Shown here: positions 29,786 through 40,400 of the stretch, one piece after another
Numbering within the stretch: position 1 is the stretch's first letter
Layout of the letters: each line of letters opens with the position of its first letter
Source: Candidatus Omnitrophota bacterium
Lineage (GTDB): Bacteria; Omnitrophota; Gorgyraeia; Zapsychrales; JANLHA01
Direction of reading: 5' to 3'
Assembly (NCBI GenBank): GCA_029560465.1
Contig: JAKQKX010000045.1
Location: forward strand, 152,260-216,259
Length of the DNA stretch: 64,000 bases
Program-made: the position numbers and the translations under genes
The notes under the pieces: generated by a model
The model's input: the letters and a program-made list of their open reading frames with translations, nothing else
What the model was told of the DNA's origin: nothing
Databases searched by the model: none

Positions 29786-30193
29786 CTATTCCAAAAGATA
29801 TCTTTCTTGAATTTCACTCAAATCATTTCCTGCTTTGCCAGTTTTAGTTTGTATATGACGAACAATTGTATCAAAACGAATTTTTGCATTTAAGCGTTCT
29901 TCTAAAGTCTTACGTCTAAAATTCCTCCGTTTCTCTCTATTAAACAAATATTTTAGAGGAGTAATAAGTACGATTCCTCTATTATCAATCTTTTCGTATA
30001 AATCTATTTTGTAATTTTTCGTAAAAACAACAATTAAATATTCAATATATAATGACATTGCATTAACAACACTGGCTACCTGCTTAAATTTAAAGTATTC
30101 AACATCACTCCATCTGACAGTATGCATTGAAGTCTTAATGCAATCGGCATAAACAAATCCATCTCCAAATTTTAAACCACTACTAGATGTCAT
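29786..30193 (-). CDS. Hypothetical protein (AT-rich island cargo)
   Basis: 135-aa ORF with an SD-like GGAGG upstream; lies between att copies. Confidence 0.55.
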   Translation of the reverse strand: MTSSSGLKFGDGFVYADCIKTSMHTVRWSDVEYFKFKQVASVVNAMSLYIEYLIVVFTKNYKIDLYEKIDNRGIVLITPLKYLFNREKRRNFRRKTLEERLNAKIRFDTIVRHIQTKTGKAGNDLSEIQERYLLE

Positions 30194-30297
30194 CTGTTTT
30201 CTTTAGCCTCCAAGATATAACAATACCCAAAGATCCTCGGCAATAGTAAGGCTGTGAATTATGCCATACGAGACTTGCGACTATTTTTTAAATCATA

Positions 30298-30846
30298 CTA
30301 GTCCTTATTTTTTACTAAGTCGACAATCACCCCGCCCTTTTCCTCAAAGCAATCTATTCTAATTGGCATTAATGCACCATTTGCCACATAATCTTTAATA
30401 AAACCTGATTTCTCTTTAGGCAAACTATATGCAGAGATGAGCGGGGTCAACCCGGTCTTTTCTGAAAGAGTTTCGACATGATCCGGGGCATCCCGCCGGG
30501 AGACCCTGATAAAGTTTCCTCTCTTATCTTGAAACAAAAGATAGTCATCAGCATTTGCATGAAAAACCCCGCTATGATTACACGGTCTCAGCACTCTCTC
30601 CACAACAACCTCCGTCCCCTTTGCTATTGAGAAATCATTGTAAACCAAATCCATCTGCAAAGTTGAACCCGTTCCTGCACATACGCCAATAAAGGGAAAT
30701 TCCATCGCCTCAAGACCTAGAAGAGAAATAAACGGTTCTTTAGATTCAGCGTACAAATACCTACCACCTATACCGACTTCACGCAGAATATTTTTATAGA
30801 CCTTCTCATATTCGGGCTTTGAAGTATATTTTAATTTTCTCGTCAT
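30298..30846 (-). CDS. Hypothetical protein (island cargo)
   Basis: Open about 182 codons from ATG 30846; no recognisable motif. Confidence 0.5.
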   Translation of the reverse strand: MTRKLKYTSKPEYEKVYKNILREVGIGGRYLYAESKEPFISLLGLEAMEFPFIGVCAGTGSTLQMDLVYNDFSIAKGTEVVVERVLRPCNHSGVFHANADDYLLFQDKRGNFIRVSRRDAPDHVETLSEKTGLTPLISAYSLPKEKSGFIKDYVANGALMPIRIDCFEEKGGVIVDLVKNKD

Positions 30847-30863
30847 TTTTGAGCACCTTAAAA

Positions 30864-30893
30864 AAGGCAACTCCTAAAAACGGGAGTTGCCTT
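30864..30893 (-). terminator. Intrinsic terminator downstream of ssrA
   Basis: AAGGCAACTCC-8nt-GGAGTTGCCTT followed by a T-run on the minus strand. Confidence 0.75.
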
Positions 30894-31039
30894 AAAATTA
30901 CAAAATTAATTGTTCCAATATTTCCTCATTTTTTCATTCTCTCAGCACGGGCACCTTTTGGGCACCACTACATCAAGGAAATAGCAACACTTCTGTAAGT
31001 TGCTGTCAATTTTTATATTTACAACACTAAGATTTAAAA

Positions 31040-31427
31040 TGGTGGAGGTGCGGGGAATCGAACCCCGGTCCTTCAGTTGCTTCCCATAAGCCTCTACATG
31101 CGTAGTTTGTCTTTAAGTGTCGCCTGAAACCACCCGGCAAACAGGGCTGTTTCAGGCCATCCTCCTTAAATTTCGCCGCCGCCCCGAAGGCGCTGGCCGC
31201 GGCTAGCCTGCTGAATGTCCTCTTATAAACCCACAGGCCTGGCTAATAAGAGGGCTTTACTTTTTTATTAAGCAAAGACTGGTTGGGCTTCGGCTAAAAT
31301 AGCCTCTGCCTCGGCAACAACACTGTAAGTGCCATTTGTTTTGTGCCCGGATGATTAACGAGGCCAACCTGGCGTCCTCGGCATGCCACCTATGGTCTCT
31401 CAACTTAAGTCGAGACCAATCACCCCC
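31040..31427 (-). ncRNA. ssrA: tmRNA
   Basis: 5' GGGGGTG pairs with 3' CACCTCC-ACCA (G3:U); T-arm GGTTCGATTCCCC; tag ORF 31333-31268; directly downstream of smpB. Confidence 0.97.
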
Positions 31428-31521
31428 ACATAAAATTTTTCAGCTAAGCACACTCAATTATATACCCAAACGCGCCCCGCTGCAAATACCCGCCCGGCAA
31501 GCCCCCGGCCCTGCCATGAGG

Positions 31522-31983
31522 CTACCTGGCGCGTTTCACCACCCGCAACGACTGCCTTAAAGACCGCTCAATATCGCGCTTCTTCATCGATTCCCTCTTA
31601 TCATACAATTTCTTCCCGGTCCCCAACGCGAGTTCAATTTTAACTAACCCGCGATTATTCAAATAAATCTTTGTCGGCACCAGAACCTTGCCCCGCTCGG
31701 CCACCTCGGAAACGATCTTGCGGATCTCCCGCTTGTGCATAAGCAGTTTTCTCGCCCGGTCCGGGTCCTCATTCATGTAACTGGCTTCCTTATAAGGATT
31801 GATGTGCAGGTTGTATAAAAACACCTCGCCGTCTTCGATCTTCGCGAAGCTGTCCTTGAAATTCACCAGCCCCGCGCGCACAGCCTTCACTTCCCCGCCT
31901 TTAAGCTCAATCCCGCATTCCCAGTTCTGGCTTAAAAAATAATTATGATACGCTTTTTTATTCGTGGCGACCGGTTTAGACAT
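31522..31983 (-). CDS. smpB: SsrA-binding protein
   Basis: ATNKKAYHNY...GIELKGGEVKAVR...RKLLMHKREI...GKKLYDKRE. Confidence 0.98.
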   Translation of the reverse strand: MSKPVATNKKAYHNYFLSQNWECGIELKGGEVKAVRAGLVNFKDSFAKIEDGEVFLYNLHINPYKEASYMNEDPDRARKLLMHKREIRKIVSEVAERGKVLVPTKIYLNNRGLVKIELALGTGKKLYDKRESMKKRDIERSLRQSLRVVKRAR

Positions 31984-31985
31984 GA

Positions 31986-32942
31986 TCAATAGGAATTCGT
32001 AATAAAATTATAAATGGTTAACACGACGGGAATCGTCAAAACGCTGATCAGGGAATCCCAGAAAATCCCCTGGTTGATGAGTTCCGAATCGACTTTATAA
32101 TAACGGATCATCATCGACAGGGACACCGCGCTGGGCACCGCGGCCTGAACCACCAGCATAAACCCGGCGACGTACGGGAGCGCCAGCGCTTTCACCGCCA
32201 CCAAAGCCAGCGCCGGAAGGAGGATGAGTTTGCCGAAAATCAAATACCGCATATCCGTCTTATCCACCGCCTGCAGATTGGTCTTGGCCAGGTTGCCGCC
32301 GGTCACGATCATGGACAACGGCAACGCGCAATCGGAAAACATCTTCACGGGCTTGATCACCGCCGGAGGCACCCAGCGGTGCCAGCCCAGCATGATCAAC
32401 AGCAGGCTGGCCACAGTGGTGACAAACGGCGGGTTCAGCAGCCGCCCCCAGTAAATGGTTTTGTCTTTATGGCTGGTCAAAAGCCACACCCCCAGGGACC
32501 AGACCGCGAAGTCAAAGCCCATGATCATCAGGAAAATCGTGACGGTCAGGGACTCCGCCCGCTGGCCATCGAACAAAGACGCCACCAGCATAAGCGGGAT
32601 ATACCCGTAATTCGCGAAAGCCATCAGCGCGGTGAAATGGCTCTGGTTCCGGCATCCCTTGTTAAACACCAAAAGCGCGCGGCTGACGGCAACGCCCGAC
32701 AGCACAATGCCGACGCTCAAAAGCGGGTACCCCCACCAATACGTGTAATCGCTAAAATGAAAATGCTGCGTCAGGTGATAAAAGATCATCTGCGGCAGAA
32801 ACACCTTCACCAGCAGATTGGACAGCATATCCAGCCCCGGATCATCCAGCAGGGATGTTTTAACCAGGGCGAACCCCACCCCGGCCATCAAAAGAATCTG
32901 GATCGTCGCGACCAGCGTCGCCTGAAATGTTTCTAGTAACAT
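31986..32942 (-). CDS. AEC (auxin efflux carrier/malate permease) family transporter
   Basis: About 10 TM; FANYGYIPL, LLNPP, PLSMIVTG, AAVPSA motifs. Confidence 0.88.
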   Translation of the reverse strand: MLLETFQATLVATIQILLMAGVGFALVKTSLLDDPGLDMLSNLLVKVFLPQMIFYHLTQHFHFSDYTYWWGYPLLSVGIVLSGVAVSRALLVFNKGCRNQSHFTALMAFANYGYIPLMLVASLFDGQRAESLTVTIFLMIMGFDFAVWSLGVWLLTSHKDKTIYWGRLLNPPFVTTVASLLLIMLGWHRWVPPAVIKPVKMFSDCALPLSMIVTGGNLAKTNLQAVDKTDMRYLIFGKLILLPALALVAVKALALPYVAGFMLVVQAAVPSAVSLSMMIRYYKVDSELINQGIFWDSLISVLTIPVVLTIYNFITNSY

Positions 32943-33036
32943 AGTAAAGGATTATAACAAGTTCGGCCGTAATGAGCAAAAGATTATTGCAGCGGGTTCC
33001 CAGGAACTCAAACGCCAAAAGGGAGAAAGCCCGGCG

Positions 33037-34464
33037 TCAGCCCGGATGCCTGCGGGGCGGCTTGTAAATATGCGTAGCCGGCCCGAAAAAAGTCTCCGCC
33101 GCTTCCATGACGGTTTCGGACAGGGTGGGATGAGGATGAATACTATCTTTCAGGTCTGCGGCGGCCGCGCCCATTTCAATCGCTAAAACCCCTTCCGCGA
33201 TCATCTCCCCCGCGCCCACACCCGCGATAGCCATCCCCAGAAGGAGGCCGGTTTTGTCATCGACAATCAGTTTGGTCAGGCCGTCTGTCCGGTTCAGCGT
33301 GACCGCCCGCCCGGAAGCGGCCCAGGGGAATTTCAGGACTCTGACTGGCAACCCCTGCTCGACGGCCTGGCTTTCGGTGATACCGCACCAGGCGATCTCA
33401 GGGTCGGTAAAAACAACGGCGGGAATCGCCTTGGGCGGCAAAGCCGCCTGCTGCCCGGCAACCGCCCCGGCCGCGGCCCGGCCTTCATGTGAAGCTTTAT
33501 GAGCCAGCATAGGGTTGCCGACGATATCGCCGATCGCGTAAATAGCCGGGTCATGCGTCTGGCCGGCGGTTTTGACAGCGATAAAGCCCCTGTCGGTCAG
33601 CTGAACCTGGGTGTGTTCCAAACCCAGGCCGGAAGCGTCCGGCTTGCGGCCGATGGCGATAAGGGCCTTGTCATAAATTTCAGAGGACGCCTGCCCCTCC
33701 CTGTCTTCAAAAAACACCTCAACCGCCTCACCCGTATCTTTTAGCCCGCTGACTCTGGTGTTCAGTTTGATGGCTTCAAATTGGGACGCCAACTTTTTCT
33801 TAAGCAGAGCGCTTAAATCCGCGTCCACTCCAGGAAGAAGCCCGGCCGTCATTTCCACCACGGACACGGCGCTTCCCAACTGGGCGTAAACAGTGCCCAG
33901 TTCAAGCCCGATATACCCGCCGCCGATCACCAAAAGTTTCTTCGGGATGCCCGGCAAAGCCAGCGCGGACGTGGAATCCAGAATCTGCGGGGATGCCGGG
34001 GCAAAAGGAAGCGTGATGGGCACGGACCCGGTCGCGATGATCGCGTGTTCAAATTCTATGGTTATTGCGGAGCCGTCCGTAGCAGCCACGGTCACGGACC
34101 GCGAATTTAAAAAGGAAGCGTGCCCCTGGATAAAACGGACCTTCCTTTGCTTGCACAACTGGCCCAGTCCGCCGGTTAATTTGGAAACAACTTTGTCTTT
34201 CCACTGCCGGATACCTTCAACATCCACGCGGGGTTCTCCAAATTCGACGCCGAACTCTTTCGCTTCTTTTGTTTCGGAAATAATACGGGCCACGTGCAGA
34301 AGGGTTTTGGACGGGATACAGCCCCGGTACAGGCAGACGCCTCCGGGATTCTTTTCAGGATCAACACAGGTGACCTCAACCCCCAGGTCAGCGGCGTGAA
34401 AGGCGGCCGCGTAGCCTCCCGGCCCGGCGCCAATAACTAGGAGTTGGGTTTTTAATAATTCCAT
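33037..34464 (-). CDS. lpdA: Dihydrolipoyl dehydrogenase
   Basis: GAGPGGY, GGVCLYRGCIPSK, GGGYIGLE, HPHPTLSE. Confidence 0.97.
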   Translation of the reverse strand: MELLKTQLLVIGAGPGGYAAAFHAADLGVEVTCVDPEKNPGGVCLYRGCIPSKTLLHVARIISETKEAKEFGVEFGEPRVDVEGIRQWKDKVVSKLTGGLGQLCKQRKVRFIQGHASFLNSRSVTVAATDGSAITIEFEHAIIATGSVPITLPFAPASPQILDSTSALALPGIPKKLLVIGGGYIGLELGTVYAQLGSAVSVVEMTAGLLPGVDADLSALLKKKLASQFEAIKLNTRVSGLKDTGEAVEVFFEDREGQASSEIYDKALIAIGRKPDASGLGLEHTQVQLTDRGFIAVKTAGQTHDPAIYAIGDIVGNPMLAHKASHEGRAAAGAVAGQQAALPPKAIPAVVFTDPEIAWCGITESQAVEQGLPVRVLKFPWAASGRAVTLNRTDGLTKLIVDDKTGLLLGMAIAGVGAGEMIAEGVLAIEMGAAAADLKDSIHPHPTLSETVMEAAETFFGPATHIYKPPRRHPG

Positions 34465-34518
34465 GTCCGGCCCCGTTTTCAGCAAAAAGGGGCCTGGTCA
34501 GCCCCTGGATATTATTAG

Positions 34519-34601
34519 TGCCGAAGGTGGGACTCGAACCCACATGGCCGAGGGCCACACGCCCCTGAAACGTGCGCGTCTACCAATTTCGCCACTTCGG
34601 C
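34519..34601 (-). tRNA. tRNA-Leu(CAG); CCA not encoded
   Basis: GCCGAAGTGGCGAAATTGGTAGACGCGCACGTTTCAGGGGCGTG...GGTTCGAGTCCCACCTTCGGCA; long variable arm; followed by CTA. Confidence 0.96.
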
Positions 34602-34750
34602 AAAAATTCTCTATATTAATTTAAGGCCTTTTTGCCTCGCGGCGGAACCGAGCCTCCTCTGAAATCAAAACTGCGGCTGGCTCATTTGCGCCACTTCGGC
34701 AAAAATTTTCTGCGTAAAATCCGGTGAATCGTAGCTCAAAGTATAGCGGT

Positions 34751-35752
34751 TCACGGGGATTCTGTCAATATTTTCCCTTCTGAAATATCTGTTCCCGCCC
34801 CTTCCGGTCCTAATATGGGGCCGAGGTCCCGCGCGAGCTCTTCCGAAAAACGCGTGGCCCCCTTATAATTCAGATGCTGGGAATTGAAGAACATGTCTTC
34901 CTGCCGGGTGATGCCGGCGGACGAATAATCCAGCAAGGGAAGGCCGTACTGTTGGGCGTACTGGTGATACAGGTTTTTGGCTTCCCGATAATTAACGACA
35001 AAATCATTAAACTCATAATACCCCGGCGCGTAAACCAGGATCAGCCGGATATGTTTCTCCCGGCACAGCCGGATCAAATCTTCAAAAGCCTCCTTCCCCT
35101 CAGGCGTGATCTGGTCGACAATCCCGTGTGGATACAGCTTTTTCACGGTGGCGATGTCGCTCTTTCTGTTCCATGCCATGTCCACGGGGCAATACCCGTT
35201 ATTGCACTGCGGCGGGTCTTCCTGTCCGGTCAGCCCCTGCCAGGCGTCCACCGTGAAAGCCGGGCTCAACAAGGCGAAACTGTACAAGGGAACATACCGG
35301 GCGAGGATAAAATGTTTGGAAATCCGGCTGAGCGGGCGGTAAATTTCCTCTTCATTCAAATAAGGGACAAACTGCCCCGGATTATACGCCCGGGGTTTCC
35401 TCAGCATATTGCGGCCCACCACCTGAATAATGGCCTCCGGCGCCTTGTTGTGTTTTAAATAGACTTTCAACCGGGCCACCTGGATGCTCAGCGAGTTTCC
35501 TTTCAGCGCCAGGTTAAAACATTTTTTCTTAAAATAATCTTCTAGCGTCAGGACATCCACCCCGCACTGGGCCCGGGACGCGCCGGTCACCAGGATGTCC
35601 GCGTTGATCCGGCCGTTGACAATCCGGTTCCAATCGCCGAAGTCCCCGGTTGTCCGCGCCCTGAAGCCTTCCATAAGATAGGAATGCCCGGCCATGGAGA
35701 TGGCCAGGAACAACACCGTAAACGCGGTCATTTCTTTGAGGGCGTGTCTCAT
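34751..35752 (-). CDS. SGNH-hydrolase-like protein (AlgJ/DltD-type MBOAT partner)
   Basis: N-terminal anchor; ILVTGASRA block I; NSQHLNYKGA block V; adjacent to an MBOAT. Confidence 0.7.
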   Translation of the reverse strand: MRHALKEMTAFTVLFLAISMAGHSYLMEGFRARTTGDFGDWNRIVNGRINADILVTGASRAQCGVDVLTLEDYFKKKCFNLALKGNSLSIQVARLKVYLKHNKAPEAIIQVVGRNMLRKPRAYNPGQFVPYLNEEEIYRPLSRISKHFILARYVPLYSFALLSPAFTVDAWQGLTGQEDPPQCNNGYCPVDMAWNRKSDIATVKKLYPHGIVDQITPEGKEAFEDLIRLCREKHIRLILVYAPGYYEFNDFVVNYREAKNLYHQYAQQYGLPLLDYSSAGITRQEDMFFNSQHLNYKGATRFSEELARDLGPILGPEGAGTDISEGKILTESP

Positions 35753-35755
35753 AAT

Positions 35756-37195
35756 TTAAAATTGGAAATAAATAAATTCAATCCCTTCAAATTTACCCAG
35801 GAAAATAATCATCCAAAACACACAATAATAAAAACTCCACCGGAGCGGCTTGGGCCACCCGGCGATCACATCCCGCAGCCGCCAGCGGGTCTGCAGCCCG
35901 TGTACGAGTAAAATAAGCCCGACGCATCCCAGCGAAACCACAAAATCAAAACTTTTATAAGGGAACCGCGTGCCAATATCAAAAGTCAGCATATTTCTGA
36001 GCAGGATACCCGCCTCGCTCAGGGTCCGGGCCCGGAAACACACCCAGGACAGTAAAACAAGATGATATGTCACCACGGCCTGCAAAAAGCGGCGGAGCCC
36101 GGGATGGCCGTCCAGCCAGAGCCGCCTCTTCATCCGGCCCCGCAGATCTTCCGTCCAGATAGCCCCCAGCATATACAGCCCGTGCAAAGCCCCCCAGGCG
36201 ACAAACGTCCAGTTCGCGCCGTGCCAAAGCCCGCTGACCACGAACACCACCAGGAGGTTAAAATACCACCGCCGGACAGGAACCCGGTTCCCCCCCAGCG
36301 GAATGTATAAATAGTCCCGGAACCAGGTGGACAGGGAAATATGCCAACGCCGCCAGAAATCGGCGATGGACGACGCGAAATACGGCCTCCGGAAATTTTC
36401 CATGATATCAAAACCCATCACTTTGGCCGCGCCGATGGCGATATCCGAGTAACCGGCGAAATCGCAATATATCTGAAAGGCGAAGAAATTGGTGGCCACG
36501 TAAACCGGCAGGCCGCGCCACCCCTGCGGGTCCCCGTAAACAAGGTTCACGAAATGCGCGAGCCGGTCGGCGATCACGATCTTTTGAAAAAAGCCCCACA
36601 GCATCAGCTTGAATCCGTCGCAGGCCCGTTCATAATCAAACTCATGATTTTTAAAAAACTGTGGCAGAAGATGCGTGGCCCGCTCAATGGGGCCGGCGAC
36701 CAGCTGGGGAAAAAACGCCACGTACAGGGCGAACACGCCGAGATGTTTTTGCGGCGCCATCTTCCCCCGGTACACATCCAAGGTGTAACTGAGCGTCTGA
36801 AACGTGTAGAAAGAGATGCCCAACGGGAGCAGGACATCCAGGTGCGGGATGACATAATCCACGCCTGCGGTTTCCAACAGACGGTTCAGGTTTGCGGAGA
36901 AGAAATTAAAATATTTAAAAACCCCCAGAATACCCAAATTAGCGGCCAGGCTCAGCAGTAAAAACAATTTACGCCTTAACGCGCCTCTCCCTTGGGACGG
37001 CGCCACGTTAAGGCCGGCTAAATAATCAACAGCCGTCGACGCCAGCAATAACAGCACATACGGGACATTCCAGACCATATAAAAGGCGTAACTGGCCAAA
37101 AGCAGCCACGCCCAGCGGAAACGGAACGGGAGGAGGAAATAACCCGCGACCACCACGGGGAAGAAAATCACAAATTCTAAAGAATTAAAAAGCAT
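35756..37195 (-). CDS. MBOAT O-acyltransferase (AlgI/PatA family)
   Basis: MLFNS; PLGISFYTFQ; FFPQLVAGPIER; DFAGYSDIAIG; FWRRWHISLS; GLWHGA; FIYFQF. Confidence 0.95.
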   Translation of the reverse strand: MLFNSLEFVIFFPVVVAGYFLLPFRFRWAWLLLASYAFYMVWNVPYVLLLLASTAVDYLAGLNVAPSQGRGALRRKLFLLLSLAANLGILGVFKYFNFFSANLNRLLETAGVDYVIPHLDVLLPLGISFYTFQTLSYTLDVYRGKMAPQKHLGVFALYVAFFPQLVAGPIERATHLLPQFFKNHEFDYERACDGFKLMLWGFFQKIVIADRLAHFVNLVYGDPQGWRGLPVYVATNFFAFQIYCDFAGYSDIAIGAAKVMGFDIMENFRRPYFASSIADFWRRWHISLSTWFRDYLYIPLGGNRVPVRRWYFNLLVVFVVSGLWHGANWTFVAWGALHGLYMLGAIWTEDLRGRMKRRLWLDGHPGLRRFLQAVVTYHLVLLSWVCFRARTLSEAGILLRNMLTFDIGTRFPYKSFDFVVSLGCVGLILLVHGLQTRWRLRDVIAGWPKPLRWSFYYCVFWMIIFLGKFEGIEFIYFQF

Positions 37196-37324
37196 AAAAG
37201 TCAGGTCAGGCGCGTTGTTTCATTGTGGGGTTAAATATTAAAAGTTAAAGCCGGCGCTCTTTCTTAATCAAAAATTATACAAGCCCCGCCATCAATGGGA
37301 AAGGACATTCTTAATTTATACAAA

Positions 37325-37385
37325 GAAAAACCCCCTTGGGCTTTAAGCGTCATCTCGGCACCAAAACGCGCCCAAGGGGGTTTTC
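37325..37385. terminator. Long-stem hairpin downstream of the giant gene, probable terminator
   Basis: AAAACCCCCTTGGGC...GCCCAAGGGGGTTTT, a 15-bp stem with a 28-nt loop and T-runs on both strands. Confidence 0.6.
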
Positions 37386-37413
37386 ATACCCTATTCATGA
37401 AAAAGCCATGAAC

Positions 37414-40400
37414 TTAATTATAATTCAACAAGCTCAACTGATCTTTATCATCAAAGAAAAACTGAACGCCTGTTTTTTCCGATGGCTGGGGTTGACGTTT
37501 CTGTCTCTCTTCCTCAACCGGGACCCTGTGACCGCCCTGCGCCGGGGCTTCCCCCAAGTTTCTGCCCAGCAACATCGGCAGGTTCGGGATAGGCGTAATA
37601 TTGATAATGACCGGCACAAATCCGTCAATATTCATATCCCCAACAGGCTGTTGCGGCAGAGGCAGCGGGATGCCTTTATTATCCCGTTTGATCTGCAGGT
37701 TTAACAGAGCCGGGTTCAAATTGATACCGCCGAGGGGCGATGATTGCGCTTCCAGCTGGCCATTCAGGCGCTGCGCGAAATTCAGGACACCTCCGGCCGA
37801 AACACCCCTGGCCCGTCTTTCCGACCGGAGCAGCTGATTGAGCTGCCGGCCAGCGGTATTTCTCTCGATCGAGCCATTGACAAATCCGTCCAGCAACTCC
37901 CTGGTGGCGCGGTTCTGCAGTTGGAACTTGCCCATGGTTTTTTCCACGACCTGGACCGGAGAAGACACATCTTCTTCTGCGGCAAGGTCCGTTTCCGCCA
38001 ACGGGCCTGCCGTGAGTTCTATCTGCGCCATCGTGTCCATAACCTGCTGCAGGCGCAAAGCTTCTTCGGCCGGGGTGGTTTTCCCAAGCTCTTGTTCAAG
38101 CGCGAAATCCGAAAGAATCGCCCCAACTTCCTCTATAATACCGGCCGCTTCCTTGCGGATCTGCTCTAAAACAACCCGGTCTTCCACCGCTTCAGTTTCC
38201 ACCCTCTGGAGGACCGCTTCGACTTCATTCAAAAGGACATTCAATTTCTCCTTATTTTCCGCGGTCAATTGCAACGGAGATGATTGAGAAACCGTGACCA
38301 AATCCACCAGAGGCATCCTTTCCGCCCGCCCGGCCCCCAGCATCGTCATCTGCAAATCAAGGTCATTATCAATGGATAACGCGACGGAACTGTTGAACAC
38401 CGCGGCGGCCATCTTCAAAATCTGGTCCGCCTTTGCCTTGTCAATCCCATCGATCTCGGTCAATTTATTTTCCGCCTGGTCAAACTGACCGGCCCTCTCC
38501 AGGTCAATGGCCTCTTTTAACGCCCGGTACGAAACGGCGTCAAACAGGCCGTAACCGGCCGCCAAACTGGCGGGCAGCAACCGGAACATGGCGTCTTCTA
38601 TCGGGTAAGCCCCGTCCTGCCATTTAATGCCTATAATCCTGGCCGCCGGCCTTAACGGCGGCATGGCCTCCGGATATTTCAACTGATTGGCCAGCAAAAC
38701 CGTGATCGCCGAATAGGCCCAGGCGTCCTGAAGTCCATAAACTTCCCGGTCAACGGCCAGGACATCCCCGATCAGGTCCAGATCTTCCGTGTCCAGAGTA
38801 ATGCTCTGCAGAACCGGAGAAGATGAAGACAACTGGTCTTTTAAAGCGGCAATCGTGTCGAAATTAAACGGCTTTTCAACCACTTCAAGGAAAAGCCCGC
38901 TCTTCAACCCCGAGCCCTCGTCAACGACGGATAACCGCGCCATCTCCCGGCTGTCCCCAGTCATCAGCACGACCGGCACATCACGCTCGGAACGGATCGT
39001 CCGGGCCATCTGTTCCCCGTTCATCACCGGCATTTGCAGGTCAGTCACAACCAGGCCTATATCCGGATTCTCCCGGAACAGACTCAAACCCTCTTCCCCG
39101 TTGGCCGCGGTGATGATTTCCGCTTCGGTGAAGATATCACCCAACTCGTCCCGCAGCAACAACCTCATGCCGTCGTTGTCATCGACAACAAGAATTTTAT
39201 TAAGAGGAGAAGAAGCCAACCTGCCTTTTAAATCAATGACCGTCTTCAACTGATACGGCTTCTGAATGACTTCGGTGAAAATCCCGCTTTTCAGCCCCGA
39301 GGCCTCGTCCACTTTAGACAGCCGCTCCACTTCACTGTAGTTCCCGGATACCAGGACGACCGGAATATCACGCTCAGAACGGATCGTCCGGGCCATCTGT
39401 TCCCCGTTCATTGCCGGCATTTCAAGATCGGTAACCACGAGATCTATATCCGGATTCTCCCGGAACGTCCTCAACCCCTCTTCGCCGTTCACGGCTGTTA
39501 TAACTTCCGCCCCGGAGAAAATAGTACTAAAAACATCCTTGGTCAAATTTCTCACCTCTTCCGTGTCATCCACGACAAGGATCTTTTTGATGACAGGAGA
39601 AGAGAGAAGCGTGGCTCTGACGAGTTCCGGGATCACCCCCAACTCGGCGGCCACCGCCTCCGGCTCAAGCGACTGGCCCTGCTGACTGCGGGCCTCATAA
39701 TACTCCTTCACCACCGCAGGCGGCACCACCCGCCCGCCCATCAGCAAATCCCTCATCCTTTCCTGGTCCTGACCCCGGATCGGCAGAGGGTTTTCAATTG
39801 CCAACTCCACCAAATCCCGTGCTTGGGCAAAAATCAAACCCCGCACTTTATGCAACCAAACGGCAATGACGGCCACTTGTGACTGATAGACAATTTGCTG
39901 CACCACAAAGTTATCAAACGTCGTCAATCCCAACCCGTTTAACGTGCGCAATTTTTCTCGAATCTGTCCCAAGGCCTCTTCACGGAACGCGTCACCCCGC
40001 ACAGTAATATCACCCAAGCCCCCGGATGTTATTTCAATCAGCTCTTCCGCCTTTGCTTCCTGCTGAGCGCGCAATTCATCCGTCTCATACCCCCACATTT
40101 TAAACGCGTTCGCCACCTGCAAAGACACCCATGGCACCTTCCAGAACTGCCCGCGCTTGCGCACATCGGTGGATGAGGTGTCCATCGGCTGGGTGATGGT
40201 TGACAAGCCCAGCCTTGGTAATCCTCGCGCGTTCAACTCCCCTGCCAGCTTCGCCTCATACGCTTGAAGGAGCGTTTCATCAACCTCTTCACCGACACGC
40301 TGGCTAAAAATAATATTCATTTTCTGAATATCCTTGCGCGCCTGAAACCCTCTTAAGCCCTGCTCTCCGGCCGTCATTTTGTTGAGGAGTTTACGCGGCA

